Positions 47,163-55,979 of a stretch of 64,000 nucleotides of DNA are shown in pieces. The notes under the pieces were generated by a model that searched no databases, was not told the origin of the DNA, and saw only the letters and a list, made by a program, of their open reading frames with translations. A program made the translations under genes and the position numbers. Within the stretch, counting starts at the first letter, position 1; every line of letters starts with the position of its first letter. The stretch is from a virus. Its lineage: Duplodnaviria; Caudoviricetes. The stretch spans positions 64,001 through 128,000 of IMG/VR virus record IMGVR_UViG_3300027740_000003; one strand, written 5' to 3'.

Positions 47163-48633
47163 TTTAGTTCCTTCCGGCCCAAGAGCCGATGTATGAGATT
47201 TCCCGGAGAAAAAGCAAATTCTCTCCTGGGTGAAATTCCTTAGTGGTGGCGGATAACTTCCAAGAAGGTTCCGCCGCGGAAGGCAACCCACCATGCATGT
47301 AGGTATGCCTCGAATCCAAATGCCTGAATGATTATCCAAGCATGACTGACCAAATGCCTGGTAGTGATTCTTCCAGCCATTGTGTTTCCCCCTTATTGGA
47401 ATGGGAACTGATTTCGGAACCCAAGGGACAACCTTAGGTTCCGCGTATCAAGACCTATTCTTTCGGGCTCTTTCGATGCGTCTACAAAGACGCATCCAAT
47501 GCCTAATTTTGGATCTGCTCCTCGGGGTAGGGATGTGGGCCGCCCTCCCCAGAAGACATTCTAGTTTGAAAATGTCTGATATGGTCATGGCCCCCTCCCG
47601 TCTCAGGAATACCAGAAATCTCCAGGTTCCCGCCCCCGGGCCATGAGAAATCTCTCGATACCGTCGGGGTCCTTACAGGCTTCTTGGTCTGCTTTTGCCT
47701 CCTCATAGGTGGCGAAACATCTCCACCCTATTCGGCATTGGTGCCGGATTGTGAACTTTGATAGGAACACACGCGGACCAATGCCACATTCCGAAAGAAC
47801 TACTTTTCGGTCTTTCTTATTCAGGCTCACAAACCAGTTCCACCAATAGAAAGACAGCCCTGTTGGCTGCTCTCCCTTTTGGATATGGCGGAACGCTTCT
47901 TGCAGGTCCCCATATCCCCCATTCCTTGATTGAACGGATTTGTGGGCACTTGCGGCACTGATAGGAGGTATTCGTACAGTGTTGCCATGTGGATGAAACC
48001 TCTTTGGTCTTTTCTCCCTGCCGTCGATTGGGGAGAATATCCACGGCCGATTCCCTGGTGTTGTTAACCCAGGCGGGATGACTGGACTGGCCCCAATAAC
48101 CAGATAGATTTATTCTATTCAGAAACCCGGACCGCATGAAGCTGATCTAGCCCAGGTTCATTATAAACCTGGAACCAGAATACACACGCCTGTTCTGGCG
48201 TATCTGCTTCGATTTCCCCCAGCTTTGCTTTTGGGCAAGATTCCCAGTTCCAGATTATGTACCGAGACATCTTTTCTTGCCTCCCGGCCCGGAGGCCGAA
48301 GTGTTGTTTTGTCCGAGGAATATTCAAATCCTGCCCAGAACAAAATAGCTCATAGAAAGAATTTGAAACCGGCTCGTAGGCCGGAGAAAATAGATCCGAA
48401 AGATAAAAGCCAGGGGCAGGTTTGCATCCATCCCTGGTATTCGGAGAATCATCTTCCCCTATTTATCTCTTTTCCACTATTGCGCAATAGCGGACAGGGC
48501 TTCGGTAAGAGCCCCGGCAATCTTTGGTAGCTTAACTTATATATCTATGTTCCAGCTACCTAGAAACATAGCATCATTCCAGGGATTGCTATACCCTGTG
48601 AAAATTAATGCCTTTATCCTCCCGAATATAGGC

Positions 48634-49099
48634 TTGACAAGAGGAGCAAGGTTTTTAACCCTTGCCTCTTGTTCGACGATTCTTGCCCCTTAGTTGTTAG
48701 CCTTGGAGCTTGGCCAGCTTCTTTTCCAAGGCCTTGATCTGCTTGACCCGGTCCTCCGGACTGAGGACCTTCCCGGTGTAGTCCTCCGCCACGATGCCCT
48801 TGCCCTGGGCCAGCTTGTATGGCCCTGCCCACCCGGCCTTGACAGCCAGGCCCACCAGATCCTCGCTGGTTTCCTCATTTTCACCCGGAAAGACCTTCCG
48901 GGCCACCGCAGCAGCCTTTGCGCAGTCCTTACCACTGCCCTTGATGCAATCCTCGATTGCCTGTCCCAGAGCCGCGCACACTTCACTCTTCAACGGATTC
49001 GACATTCTTTCAACTAACCTTTCCCGGGGAACCTTCCCCTTATCAAACCCATATTGCCATGAATATGAATTTGACAAGAGGAGCGAGCAAAACTCGCTC
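48634..49099. repeat. 14-nt direct repeat TTGACAAGAGGAGC (48634, 49071), each opening a hairpin, flanking gene 48697-49005
   Basis: Hairpins ACAAGAG..GCAAGG/CCTTGC..CTCTTGT (48637-48672) and GAGCGAG-CAAAA-CTCGCTC (49081-49099). Confidence 0.55.
48697..49005 (-). CDS. Small protein with basic tail (paralog family, copy 3)
   Basis: CAKAAAVA...YKLAQGKGIVA...IKALEKKLAKLQG; likely start MSNPLK. Confidence 0.6.
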   Translation of the reverse strand: MSNPLKSEVCAALGQAIEDCIKGSGKDCAKAAAVARKVFPGENEETSEDLVGLAVKAGWAGPYKLAQGKGIVAEDYTGKVLSPEDRVKQIKALEKKLAKLQG

Positions 49100-50674
49100 A
49101 CAAGAACTTCAGTAGGATTTAATCCTCGGTCGTGGTCATAGGGCTTGGCTGCAAATCAGCAGCCGGCGGGGATTGGGGAAGAGGCTCCTCCCCATAAATT
49201 CCGCACCTTTCACACGCCCACGTTCCCCATCCTGCCGGGGAACAATTTTGAACCACATGCCCACAACGTGGGCACCCAGTCTCTCTAGGATGATTCATAG
49301 TTTCTCCTTCGGGGAACCTTCCCCTTGCAATATACTTGTCCCGCAGGTTCAATAACCGATTTCTCTTTCCAGTTATTCCGGCCAGTCAGAACAAGTACAT
49401 TGCAAGAGGGGGAAGGCTTCTCAACCTTCCCCGTCCCGCATATTGTCTTTTCTTGGGAACCCGAAACCCTTTATCCTCACAGCTAAGTGCCTCAAATGCC
49501 AGGATATTGTTTCAGCCCTGGCGGAGGGCTTTTGCTTCCCAAACTCTGTCATTTAGGGGAGGGTTCAGAATCTCAAGGGTTCCCGGAAAGATTCAATCCT
49601 TTATCAGTCCCTTTCGAGATTGGCCGGCTTAGCGGGCCGGGCTAGGTGTCCGCAAATGGACACTAGGATCGAATCTTTCCATTTTTGCTGACCACACTTT
49701 GCCAGTGAGTTGCTTGGCGCTTCTCTGCCAATTTGGCAGACGATCCCTCTCCGGGGACCCCGTCATAAAAGCCACTTGATACGACCAGCTAGCAACAATC
49801 CCTCTCAGGACTGCCCTTCCCGGAAATCCCCACTAGGGGAATCTGCTAGCGGCCTTCGGCCGTATCCTCGCCCGGATATCCTATCCCGATGCATTCCCTA
49901 AGGTTTTGCACCCTATCCCTTCCCATTAGAAAGGGCTTTGACCACCCGGCCTTTGCTCCCTAATCCGCAAATGGAGAAGAGGCAACCGGGTTAGCTGTGG
50001 AGATAGGCTATCCGTAGACTCCCGAGAGAAAACTCCCTTCGGGATACTGTGCCAGGAATCACAATACGATTCCCATGTATCTTTCGGCCACGGACCCAAC
50101 ACTGGACGGCCATTTGGCCGATACTATTTGCCAGTGTGGTCAGCTAATCTCAGATCCCTTTCCTCCCCCTATCCGGATCAAGCCCGGCCTGAGAGTCCTA
50201 GGACCCACACTATCCCGCCATTTCCCTTACCATGGCGGGTCGGCTCACAGTGTCCACTACCCCGCGCCTTACGGCTTAGCTTCCCTTTAGGGTTTTCCCA
50301 TGGGTCGCTGTACTAGGGTCGCTTGGAAAACCTACATGGTTTCCAGCGGACACTTATCAGGATACACTGAACCTTGGCTCAGCATTCCTTAGTAACGCCT
50401 TAATTTAACCCGGCTAGCCTACACCCCTATTTTCCATATCGGAACCTGCCTCGAAAAGCGGGTCGGTTCTGCCTCCACCTTAGCATCGGTGGGGGAGGGG
50501 TTCGGATGGGCCCTGATTCTGAATCAGGGGTTCCGGGTTTTCCGCGGGGACTGTCCTATGCCCACCCTGTCGGGTGGCAGATACACCGTGGAAAGCTACT
50601 CTCTCTAGCCTGTAGCTTCGGCCGTTCATCCTCTCAGCCGGAGGACCCATCCCCGGTTTCCCGGGGGCTTTCTT

Positions 50675-50702
50675 AACTTAGCTACGCTTTCTTGATTGTC
50701 AA
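50675..50702 (-). promoter_or_regulatory. Tandem promoter P3: TTGACA-N16-TAAGTT
   Basis: Read directly. Confidence 0.7.
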
Positions 50703-50752
50703 GCCCCCTTTTTGGGGCCGCCGGTTGAGGGATTGTCCCTGCCGGCACTGAC

Positions 50753-50780
50753 AACCTAGGCCTCGCCGGCCCATTGTCAA
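50753..50780 (-). promoter_or_regulatory. Tandem promoter P2: TTGACA-N16-TAGGTT
   Basis: Read directly. Confidence 0.7.
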
Positions 50781-50848
50781 CCCCCGGCTATTTGCCAGGG
50801 CCCCGGAGTTCTCCGCTTCGGGCCGCCGGTTGTTTCGGCGACACCCAC

Positions 50849-50876
50849 AATCTAGGTCCCCTTTCCCCATTGTCAA
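50849..50876 (-). promoter_or_regulatory. Tandem promoter P1: TTGACA-N16-TAGATT
   Basis: Read directly. Confidence 0.7.
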
Positions 50877-51097
50877 CATTAAACCCGCTTTCCCTAAACT
50901 AACCCGGTTTTCCCGAGGTCCGCTGCCTCCCCCTGGCCTGGCCAGCGGCTGGGCTTTGCCCCCGGTTTGACGCGGTTTCCCCCTGGGGTTGGCCTGGGGA
51001 ATCAGCCCAGCCGAAACCCTCCCGTTATGCCTCTATACTACGCAAGAGCTAGGCAAGCTAACTATGCGATATCATTAGGTTTATTGAATGAATGAGC

Positions 51098-51252
51098 TAA
51101 GTAGTTGAAATGATTAAGGAAGTGGTAAGTAGTTGAAATGATTAAAGAAGAAAGAATGTAGTATGTTGAAATGATTAAAGAAGAAAGAATGTAGTATAGA
51201 AAGAAAAAGAAAGTAGTGATAATGTAAAAGAAAAAATAGAAATGGGATGATA
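51098..51252. repeat. C-free (+ strand) tract with direct repeats
   Basis: 155 nt with no C on +; perfect 33-nt tandem duplication 51132-51164/51165-51197; AAGTAGTTGAAATGATTAA at 51099 and 51127. Confidence 0.85.
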
Positions 51253-51346
51253 CTGGAAAAGGGTGATAGGTTTTGGGGGAGAATGGAGCGGGGCTGGAAA
51301 AGGGTCGTGGGGTATTTCCAGTGGGGCTGGCGCGGGGCCCCCAATA

Positions 51347-51407
51347 TTTGGTGTTATGGCAAGATAAATTTGGTGTTATGGATGGCAAATGTTCTTTGGT
51401 GTTATGG
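51347..51407. repeat. Three copies of the 13-mer TTTGGTGTTATGG
   Basis: Exact copies at 51347, 51369 and 51395. Confidence 0.85.
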
Positions 51408-51431
51408 CAGATGTTGATGTAGTATGGGTTA

Positions 51432-51716
51432 TTATTCTATCAGGTCTTTAATGATAGAGCAAGAAGGGCAGAGAATGGCCAAGAATTTTCTAAATGGCAT
51501 ATAGCCTGGGGAGATATAAAGGCAAGCTTTACCGAAGGTTAATTTTGCTGAGGTTGGGGAATTAATATCGCAGGTAGTTTTTCTATATTTACCATCTCCG
51601 ATATTAAGTTTAATGAGGACAGATTGACCAACAATGATGGGAGAATTACAGGAGGAGCATTTAAGTGGGAGAGAGTTCATTCTATGATATTTTTTATATT
51701 GTAGCAATCGGGGCAA
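51432..51716 (-). CDS. Split Zn-ribbon protein with IKDII tag
   Basis: CSSC...LCPSCSIIKDLIE*. Confidence 0.8.
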   Translation of the reverse strand: MPRLLQYKKYHRMNSLPLKCSSCNSPIIVGQSVLIKLNIGDGKYRKTTCDINSPTSAKLTFGKACLYISPGYMPFRKFLAILCPSCSIIKDLIE

Positions 51717-51967
51717 AGTAAGGGGAAGGCTCCAGATTTAGGGAGGTCAGATTCAATAAATATTTCGAACCAATAACCTTTCCATAGAATATAAGAATAC
51801 CACCAAGCTATACAGCTAGAAGATACAAATTTACAAGAGGAGCATTGGTACATTATTATATGTGTATTACAGGCAGAGCATTTATAATAAGATTGAGAAT
51901 CACAGGATTGAGCCTCAATGAAGATGAAGTGATGATCTTTCTTAGCATTATCTGGGAGGGGGATCAT
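51677..51967 (-). CDS. Cys-rich Zn-ribbon protein with IKDII tag
   Basis: CSAC, CSSC...LCPDCYNIKNIIE*. Confidence 0.8.
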   Translation of the reverse strand: MIPLPDNAKKDHHFIFIEAQSCDSQSYYKCSACNTHIIMYQCSSCKFVSSSCIAWWYSYILWKGYWFEIFIESDLPKSGAFPLLCPDCYNIKNIIE

Positions 51968-52015
51968 TGATTTGGTACCAAGGGAGAAAGCGTGGCAATA
52001 TATTAAAAATAATAA

Positions 52016-52231
52016 CTACGTTATTATATTTTTAATGTTAAAACAATCTTGACAGAGGAAGCTATTAAGAATAAAGTTTTTTGGATCAACTATTTCGTAG
52101 GGGCCGATGAATAATTTATTATTCATAAATTTAATTTTGACATAAGAAAATCTGAAAGAGAGGGTATCATGACAGAAGAAGGAATCATTATTCTTTATAG
52201 GGGAGAGGCAAGATGAGCAGAGATAATTCAT
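52016..52231 (-). CDS. Split Zn-ribbon protein with IKDII tag
   Basis: MNYLCSSC...LCQDCFNIKNIIT*. Confidence 0.8.
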   Translation of the reverse strand: MNYLCSSCLSPIKNNDSFFCHDTLSFRFSYVKIKFMNNKLFIGPYEIVDPKNFILNSFLCQDCFNIKNIIT

Positions 52232-52540
52232 TGAATGATATCTTTAATTATCAAGTTGGTTAAAATTTCATCTACGAAGTCTTTATAATCTGGGCAGAGG
52301 GCAATAATTAGTGGATGATATTTAGCCTGATATATTGCTAATTTTTGAAGTTCTTCTGATAGAAAAAGGGTCTTGTTTAACAGCTGCTAATTTTATTTCT
52401 TTTGAAGGATTGTGTATATATTGAATATTATATCCATCTTGTTTAACTGCTTTTAAACAATCAGATTCATTTTCCGGATCGAAGCCTAATGTTTTATTTA
52501 TTAATTGTTTTAATTGTTTTAATTGTTTAATATTATTCAT
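52228..52540 (-). pseudogene. Frameshifted 22-aa-repeat (DUF4116-like) protein with IKDII tag
   Basis: Frame 1 MNNIKQL...LGFDPENESDCL...QDPFSI; another frame continues SEELQKLAIYQAKYHPLIIALCPDYKDFVDEILTNLIIKDIIQ* (stop at 52228). Confidence 0.75.
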
Positions 52541-52942
52541 ATTATGATATCTCTAATCAAGCATTCGGAGCAGGAGAGCTGGGAAAGTTGATCGACAGTC
52601 TTCCAAGAGCAAGCTGGACAATAGTAATAGAAGCCATTAGGACTAAATTCTGAAGGATCATCGAAAACAAGGCACAAGACATTACAATTGGAGCATTTAT
52701 AAAGTGATATGTTTTGATATTCTTCAAACAGGAAGAAATCATGATCTTTGACAGCATTTTAAAGGTACAATAAGGCAGGCGTCGGGATATCCTTTTGTAG
52801 TACGGTCGTAAAAAAGGTTATTATTTTTATTTTTAATTTTTTGCCAACCACAAAATCTGGAATTTGGTGGTTTATATCTAAAGACGAAGAAGTAATTAGA
52901 AGATATAGGGGAGAGGCAAGAGGAGCAAGAGTAATTAATCAT
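52537..52942 (-). pseudogene. Fused/frameshifted pair of Zn-ribbon genes
   Basis: 52739-52942 starts MINYSCSSC but lacks the tag; an overlapping ATG-less frame reads NAVKDHDFFLFEE...YKCSNC...CPAC...LSCSECLIRDIII* (stop at 52537), similar to 51677-51967. Confidence 0.6.
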
Positions 52943-53169
52943 TGAATAATATCCTTAATTAGGTAGCAATCTGAGCAAAGGATGGTAGAGATTTCATATT
53001 TTTGGAAGGGGAGCAATATAAAAGAACCTGTATTTTGATAATAAAATTTTCCATTTTTAACACCTATTTTTTGCCAACCCTGGCAAAATTTATTACGGAT
53101 TAGGGAGTCATTTCTAAATATGTAGAAAATGTTAGGATTAATTTTTAAAAAGCAGGATGAGCAGATCAT
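52939..53169 (-). CDS. Split Zn-ribbon protein with IKDII tag
   Basis: MICSSC...LCSDCYLIKDIIQ*. Confidence 0.8.
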   Translation of the reverse strand: MICSSCFLKINPNIFYIFRNDSLIRNKFCQGWQKIGVKNGKFYYQNTGSFILLPFQKYEISTILCSDCYLIKDIIQ

Positions 53170-53537
53170 TGGATTATATCTTTAATCACCATTTCTGTTT
53201 TAGACAAGCATTTGAAATTGTTTAAACATTCTAACAGATTATATGTTAATCTGTATAATTCATTAAATTTAATTTCGTTTTGGACAAAAAAATGTTCATC
53301 ATGATGATAGTTTAAAAAGACAGAAATATTTTTATTAGAATGATAATAGAAAGTAATTCCAATTAAGCAATTTTCTGATTCGGAGAAGATAAATGGTTTG
53401 GAGAAGAAGGAGGAATCATTTTCAATGAAGTCATTTAGTGAGAGGGAGAATTCATAAGGTTCCAGGGCTAAATTTATCTGATGGATAATTTTTTGTATAC
53501 TAGAAGGTTTTGTTAAATTAGGTTTAAGATATTTCAT
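53166..53537 (-). CDS. Hypothetical protein with IKDII tag (non-Zn, non-repeat)
   Basis: Ends LSKTEMVIKDIIQ*. Confidence 0.75.
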   Translation of the reverse strand: MKYLKPNLTKPSSIQKIIHQINLALEPYEFSLSLNDFIENDSSFFSKPFIFSESENCLIGITFYYHSNKNISVFLNYHHDEHFFVQNEIKFNELYRLTYNLLECLNNFKCLSKTEMVIKDIIQ

Positions 53538-53728
53538 TGGATAATATCTTTAATCATGAGGCAATTAGGACATAGGAAGGTTCTATTTTCTAGAAGTTGT
53601 TTACAATGGGTGAATATTTTTGTCCAAGAAATATTAATTATCTCCTTTGAATAAACAGCAATAGAAACCCAATTATCGGCCAAATCAAGAGATATTTGAT
53701 CATGGCAAGAAGAGCAAGTTAAAATCAT
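53534..53728 (-). CDS. Split Zn-ribbon protein with IKDII tag; close paralog of 56400-56621
   Basis: MILTCSSC...LLENRTFLCPNCLMIKDIIQ*. Confidence 0.8.
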   Translation of the reverse strand: MILTCSSCHDQISLDLADNWVSIAVYSKEIINISWTKIFTHCKQLLENRTFLCPNCLMIKDIIQ

Positions 53729-53922
53729 TTAATTATATTTCTTATGACAAAGCATTCTGGGCACAAGAATTTAATATATGGTCGTGCAGAGTGGTTTTTA
53801 AAAGAAGCTGAATCGAAAAAGCTTTCTGTCATTTCAAAGAAACTAGAAGAGTAATGGTTATTACAAAAGAACCAGCTAGTATTTTTATTATTTTCTATTT
53901 TGTGGCAAGATGAGCAGATCAT
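53725..53922 (-). CDS. Split Zn-ribbon protein with IKDII tag
   Basis: MICSSC...LCPECFVIRNIIK*. Confidence 0.8.
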   Translation of the reverse strand: MICSSCHKIENNKNTSWFFCNNHYSSSFFEMTESFFDSASFKNHSARPYIKFLCPECFVIRNIIK

Positions 53923-54053
53923 TCTATTATGTCCTTAATTATGTAGCAATCTGGACAAAGAGCAACAACACTGTCAAAAATATCACTAGCTGCATGGAAT
54001 CTTTCATTGCCCAAATTGGATCTTTTGCATGAGTCGCATATTTCTTTTTTTAT
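53919..54053 (-). CDS. Unannotated 44-aa Zn-ribbon mini-protein with IKDII tag, ATA at the start position
   Basis: IKKEICDSCKRSNLGNERFHAASDIFDSVVALCPDCYIIKDIIE*; overlaps its neighbours by ATAA upstream and ATGA downstream. Confidence 0.6.
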   Translation of the reverse strand: MKKEICDSCKRSNLGNERFHAASDIFDSVVALCPDCYIIKDIIE

Positions 54054-54373
54054 TCTATTATATCTTTAATTATAAGATTGGTCATAATTTCATCTGCAAA
54101 GTCTTCATAATCCGGGCATAACATTATTACTTTAATATCATATTTAGATTGTTTTATTGCTAATTTTTGAAGTTCCTCTGAAGGGTTTTTAATATATCTA
54201 ATAGAATATGCATATTGTTTAACCGCTAATAATTGCATTTCTTCTGAGGGGTTCTTTATAAATTGAACAGACCATCCATTTTCTTTTACAGCTTTTAAAC
54301 ACTCTGATTCATTTTCCGGATCAAAACCCAAATTTTTAGCAATTAACTTATTTAATTGTTTTTTATTATTCAT
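54050..54373 (-). CDS. 22-aa helical-repeat (DUF4116-like) protein, 1 full repeat plus caps, IKDII tag
   Basis: LGFDPENESECLKAVK...KNPSEE...LCPDYEDFADEIMTNLIIKDIIE*. Confidence 0.8.
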   Translation of the reverse strand: MNNKKQLNKLIAKNLGFDPENESECLKAVKENGWSVQFIKNPSEEMQLLAVKQYAYSIRYIKNPSEELQKLAIKQSKYDIKVIMLCPDYEDFADEIMTNLIIKDIIE

Positions 54374-55689
54374 TCTATGATATCTTTAATAACGAGGTTG
54401 TCAAGGATTTGGGAGACAAAGTAATCAGGAAGGTTGCGCAAGTCAAGGGAGGAGATAAATTTAATATCGAATTTAGAATTATATATAGCCAATTGTTTAA
54501 TATCGGGTCCCGGGTTTTTTATAAATCTAATGCTTTTATAATTTATTTCTATGGCAATTTTCTGAATTTGTTTAGAAGGTTTGGAGATATATTTGATAAC
54601 ATCAGGATCTTGGGACACGGCTAATTTCTGAATTTGTTTAGAAGGTTTAGGAACACGTTTGATAAGATCAGAATCTTTGGATATAGCAATTTCCTGAACA
54701 AGTTCTGATGGGTTTTTAATATGAATTAAAGCATTTGGATTTGAATTAACGGCAATAATGTTTAAATCTTCTGTTTGGTCATTTAAATATTCTATAAACT
54801 CGCCGTCTTGTTTTAGCGCAAGTTTCCACAATTTTTTTGAAAGAGTTATATTTTCATTTGACAGTAAAGTTTCGATAGCGGCTGAATTTTCAGATTTCAC
54901 CACCATTTCTTTAATAATTTCGGAAGGATCATTAATATGATTAATAGCTTCTGGTTTAGATTTTACTGCGAGTTGTTTAAAACTTTCGGAAGGATTTTCT
55001 ATAAATTCAACAAGTTCTCCATTTTTAGAAAGAGCCAGGGTAATAATTTTATCAGAAGGATTTTTAATAAAAAAGATATTATATGGAAATTTTTTAACTG
55101 CCAGTTCTTGAATTTCCTTGGATGGATTTTTGATATATTGGAACATCTCTGGATTTAAAGAGATGGCATATTTTTGTAATTTTCTAGAAGGTTTTTTAAT
55201 AAATCTTATTGAATAAGGATCATTTTTAATTGCCAACATTTTTAATTTTTCAGATGGTTTTTTTATCTGTTGTATAGACAAGCCATCAGATGAAACCGCG
55301 ATAAGTTTTTGTTCTTCTGTTGGTTTTATAATATATGGCAATATATATAAAGGATCTATTTTCAGCATAGCATTGACAACATTTACTGATGGATTTTTAA
55401 TTACATGATAATTGTATGATTTTAAAATATTATTATTTATTGCATAAATTTGTGCTTTTTCTGCAAATCTATTCAATAGTGCATTCAGTTGTGTAGGTGT
55501 GTCTGAAAACGCTCTTGCTTCTTCGACGTGTTTTAAATATTCTATTTGTAATCTTATTGAAGGATTTTTGATATATTTTATATTATTTATATCGTCCTGC
55601 AAGTGTATATTGGTTAGATTATCTATCCACTGAATTGAATTTGGGTTATGTTTTAGAGCAATGGTTTGTAATTTTTCTAGAGGTTTCAT
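54370..55689 (-). CDS. 22-aa helical-repeat (DUF4116-like) protein, about 14 repeats, IKDII tag
   Basis: Repeats of type KNPSxExQxLAVxxxxxxIxYI; ends ILDNLVIKDIIE*. Confidence 0.85.
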   Translation of the reverse strand: MKPLEKLQTIALKHNPNSIQWIDNLTNIHLQDDINNIKYIKNPSIRLQIEYLKHVEEARAFSDTPTQLNALLNRFAEKAQIYAINNNILKSYNYHVIKNPSVNVVNAMLKIDPLYILPYIIKPTEEQKLIAVSSDGLSIQQIKKPSEKLKMLAIKNDPYSIRFIKKPSRKLQKYAISLNPEMFQYIKNPSKEIQELAVKKFPYNIFFIKNPSDKIITLALSKNGELVEFIENPSESFKQLAVKSKPEAINHINDPSEIIKEMVVKSENSAAIETLLSNENITLSKKLWKLALKQDGEFIEYLNDQTEDLNIIAVNSNPNALIHIKNPSELVQEIAISKDSDLIKRVPKPSKQIQKLAVSQDPDVIKYISKPSKQIQKIAIEINYKSIRFIKNPGPDIKQLAIYNSKFDIKFISSLDLRNLPDYFVSQILDNLVIKDIIE

Positions 55690-55760
55690 GAAATATGAGC
55701 AAGGAAACCCCCAGCCTTGTGCCAGAGGTTATTGACTGTATTATGTTTCTTATAGAAAAT

Positions 55761-55979
55761 TTACTCTATAATATCTTTAATAATGAAACAATCATGGCAC
55801 ATAATTGAGAAACTGTCTTCTCCGCCGCATTCTTGGATACAGGCTTGGATAGGGATATCACATTTAGAATATTGAGATAGTTTAGATTGTAGGGAAAGCA
55901 AAGAGGCCCAACCGTCCTGGGATTCATAGCGCCAAGACAATTCATTATTATATTCGGCATTACAGGACAAGCATTTCAT
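55761..55979 (-). CDS. Split Zn-ribbon protein with IKDII tag
   Basis: MKCLSC...MCHDCFIIKDIIE*. Confidence 0.8.
   Translation of the reverse strand: MKCLSCNAEYNNELSWRYESQDGWASLLSLQSKLSQYSKCDIPIQACIQECGGEDSFSIMCHDCFIIKDIIE

Larger units (their letters stand above)
1652..48327 (-). other. Dense minus-strand array of more than 100 short hypothetical phage ORFs (early/host-takeover type)
   Basis: Head-to-tail minus-strand ORFs of 60-200 aa with frequent ATGA overlaps and SD-like GGAG/AGGA motifs, interspersed tRNAs and repeated leftward promoters. Examples: 1652-1984, 3747-3989, 11656-11964, 20506-20856, 25041-25340, 28228-28536, 35881-36270, 43300-43533. Confidence 0.8.

Noticed and set aside
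51098-51407. CRISPR array
   Set aside because: Repeats are tandem or separated by only 9-13 nt, with no unique 30-40 nt spacers and no cas genes. The 66-nt periodicity further right is protein-coding.
55766-55960. Alternative-frame ORFs overlapping tagged or other genes (also 10519-10701, 52557-52757, 60426-60932)
   Set aside because: They overlap better-supported frames that carry family motifs.
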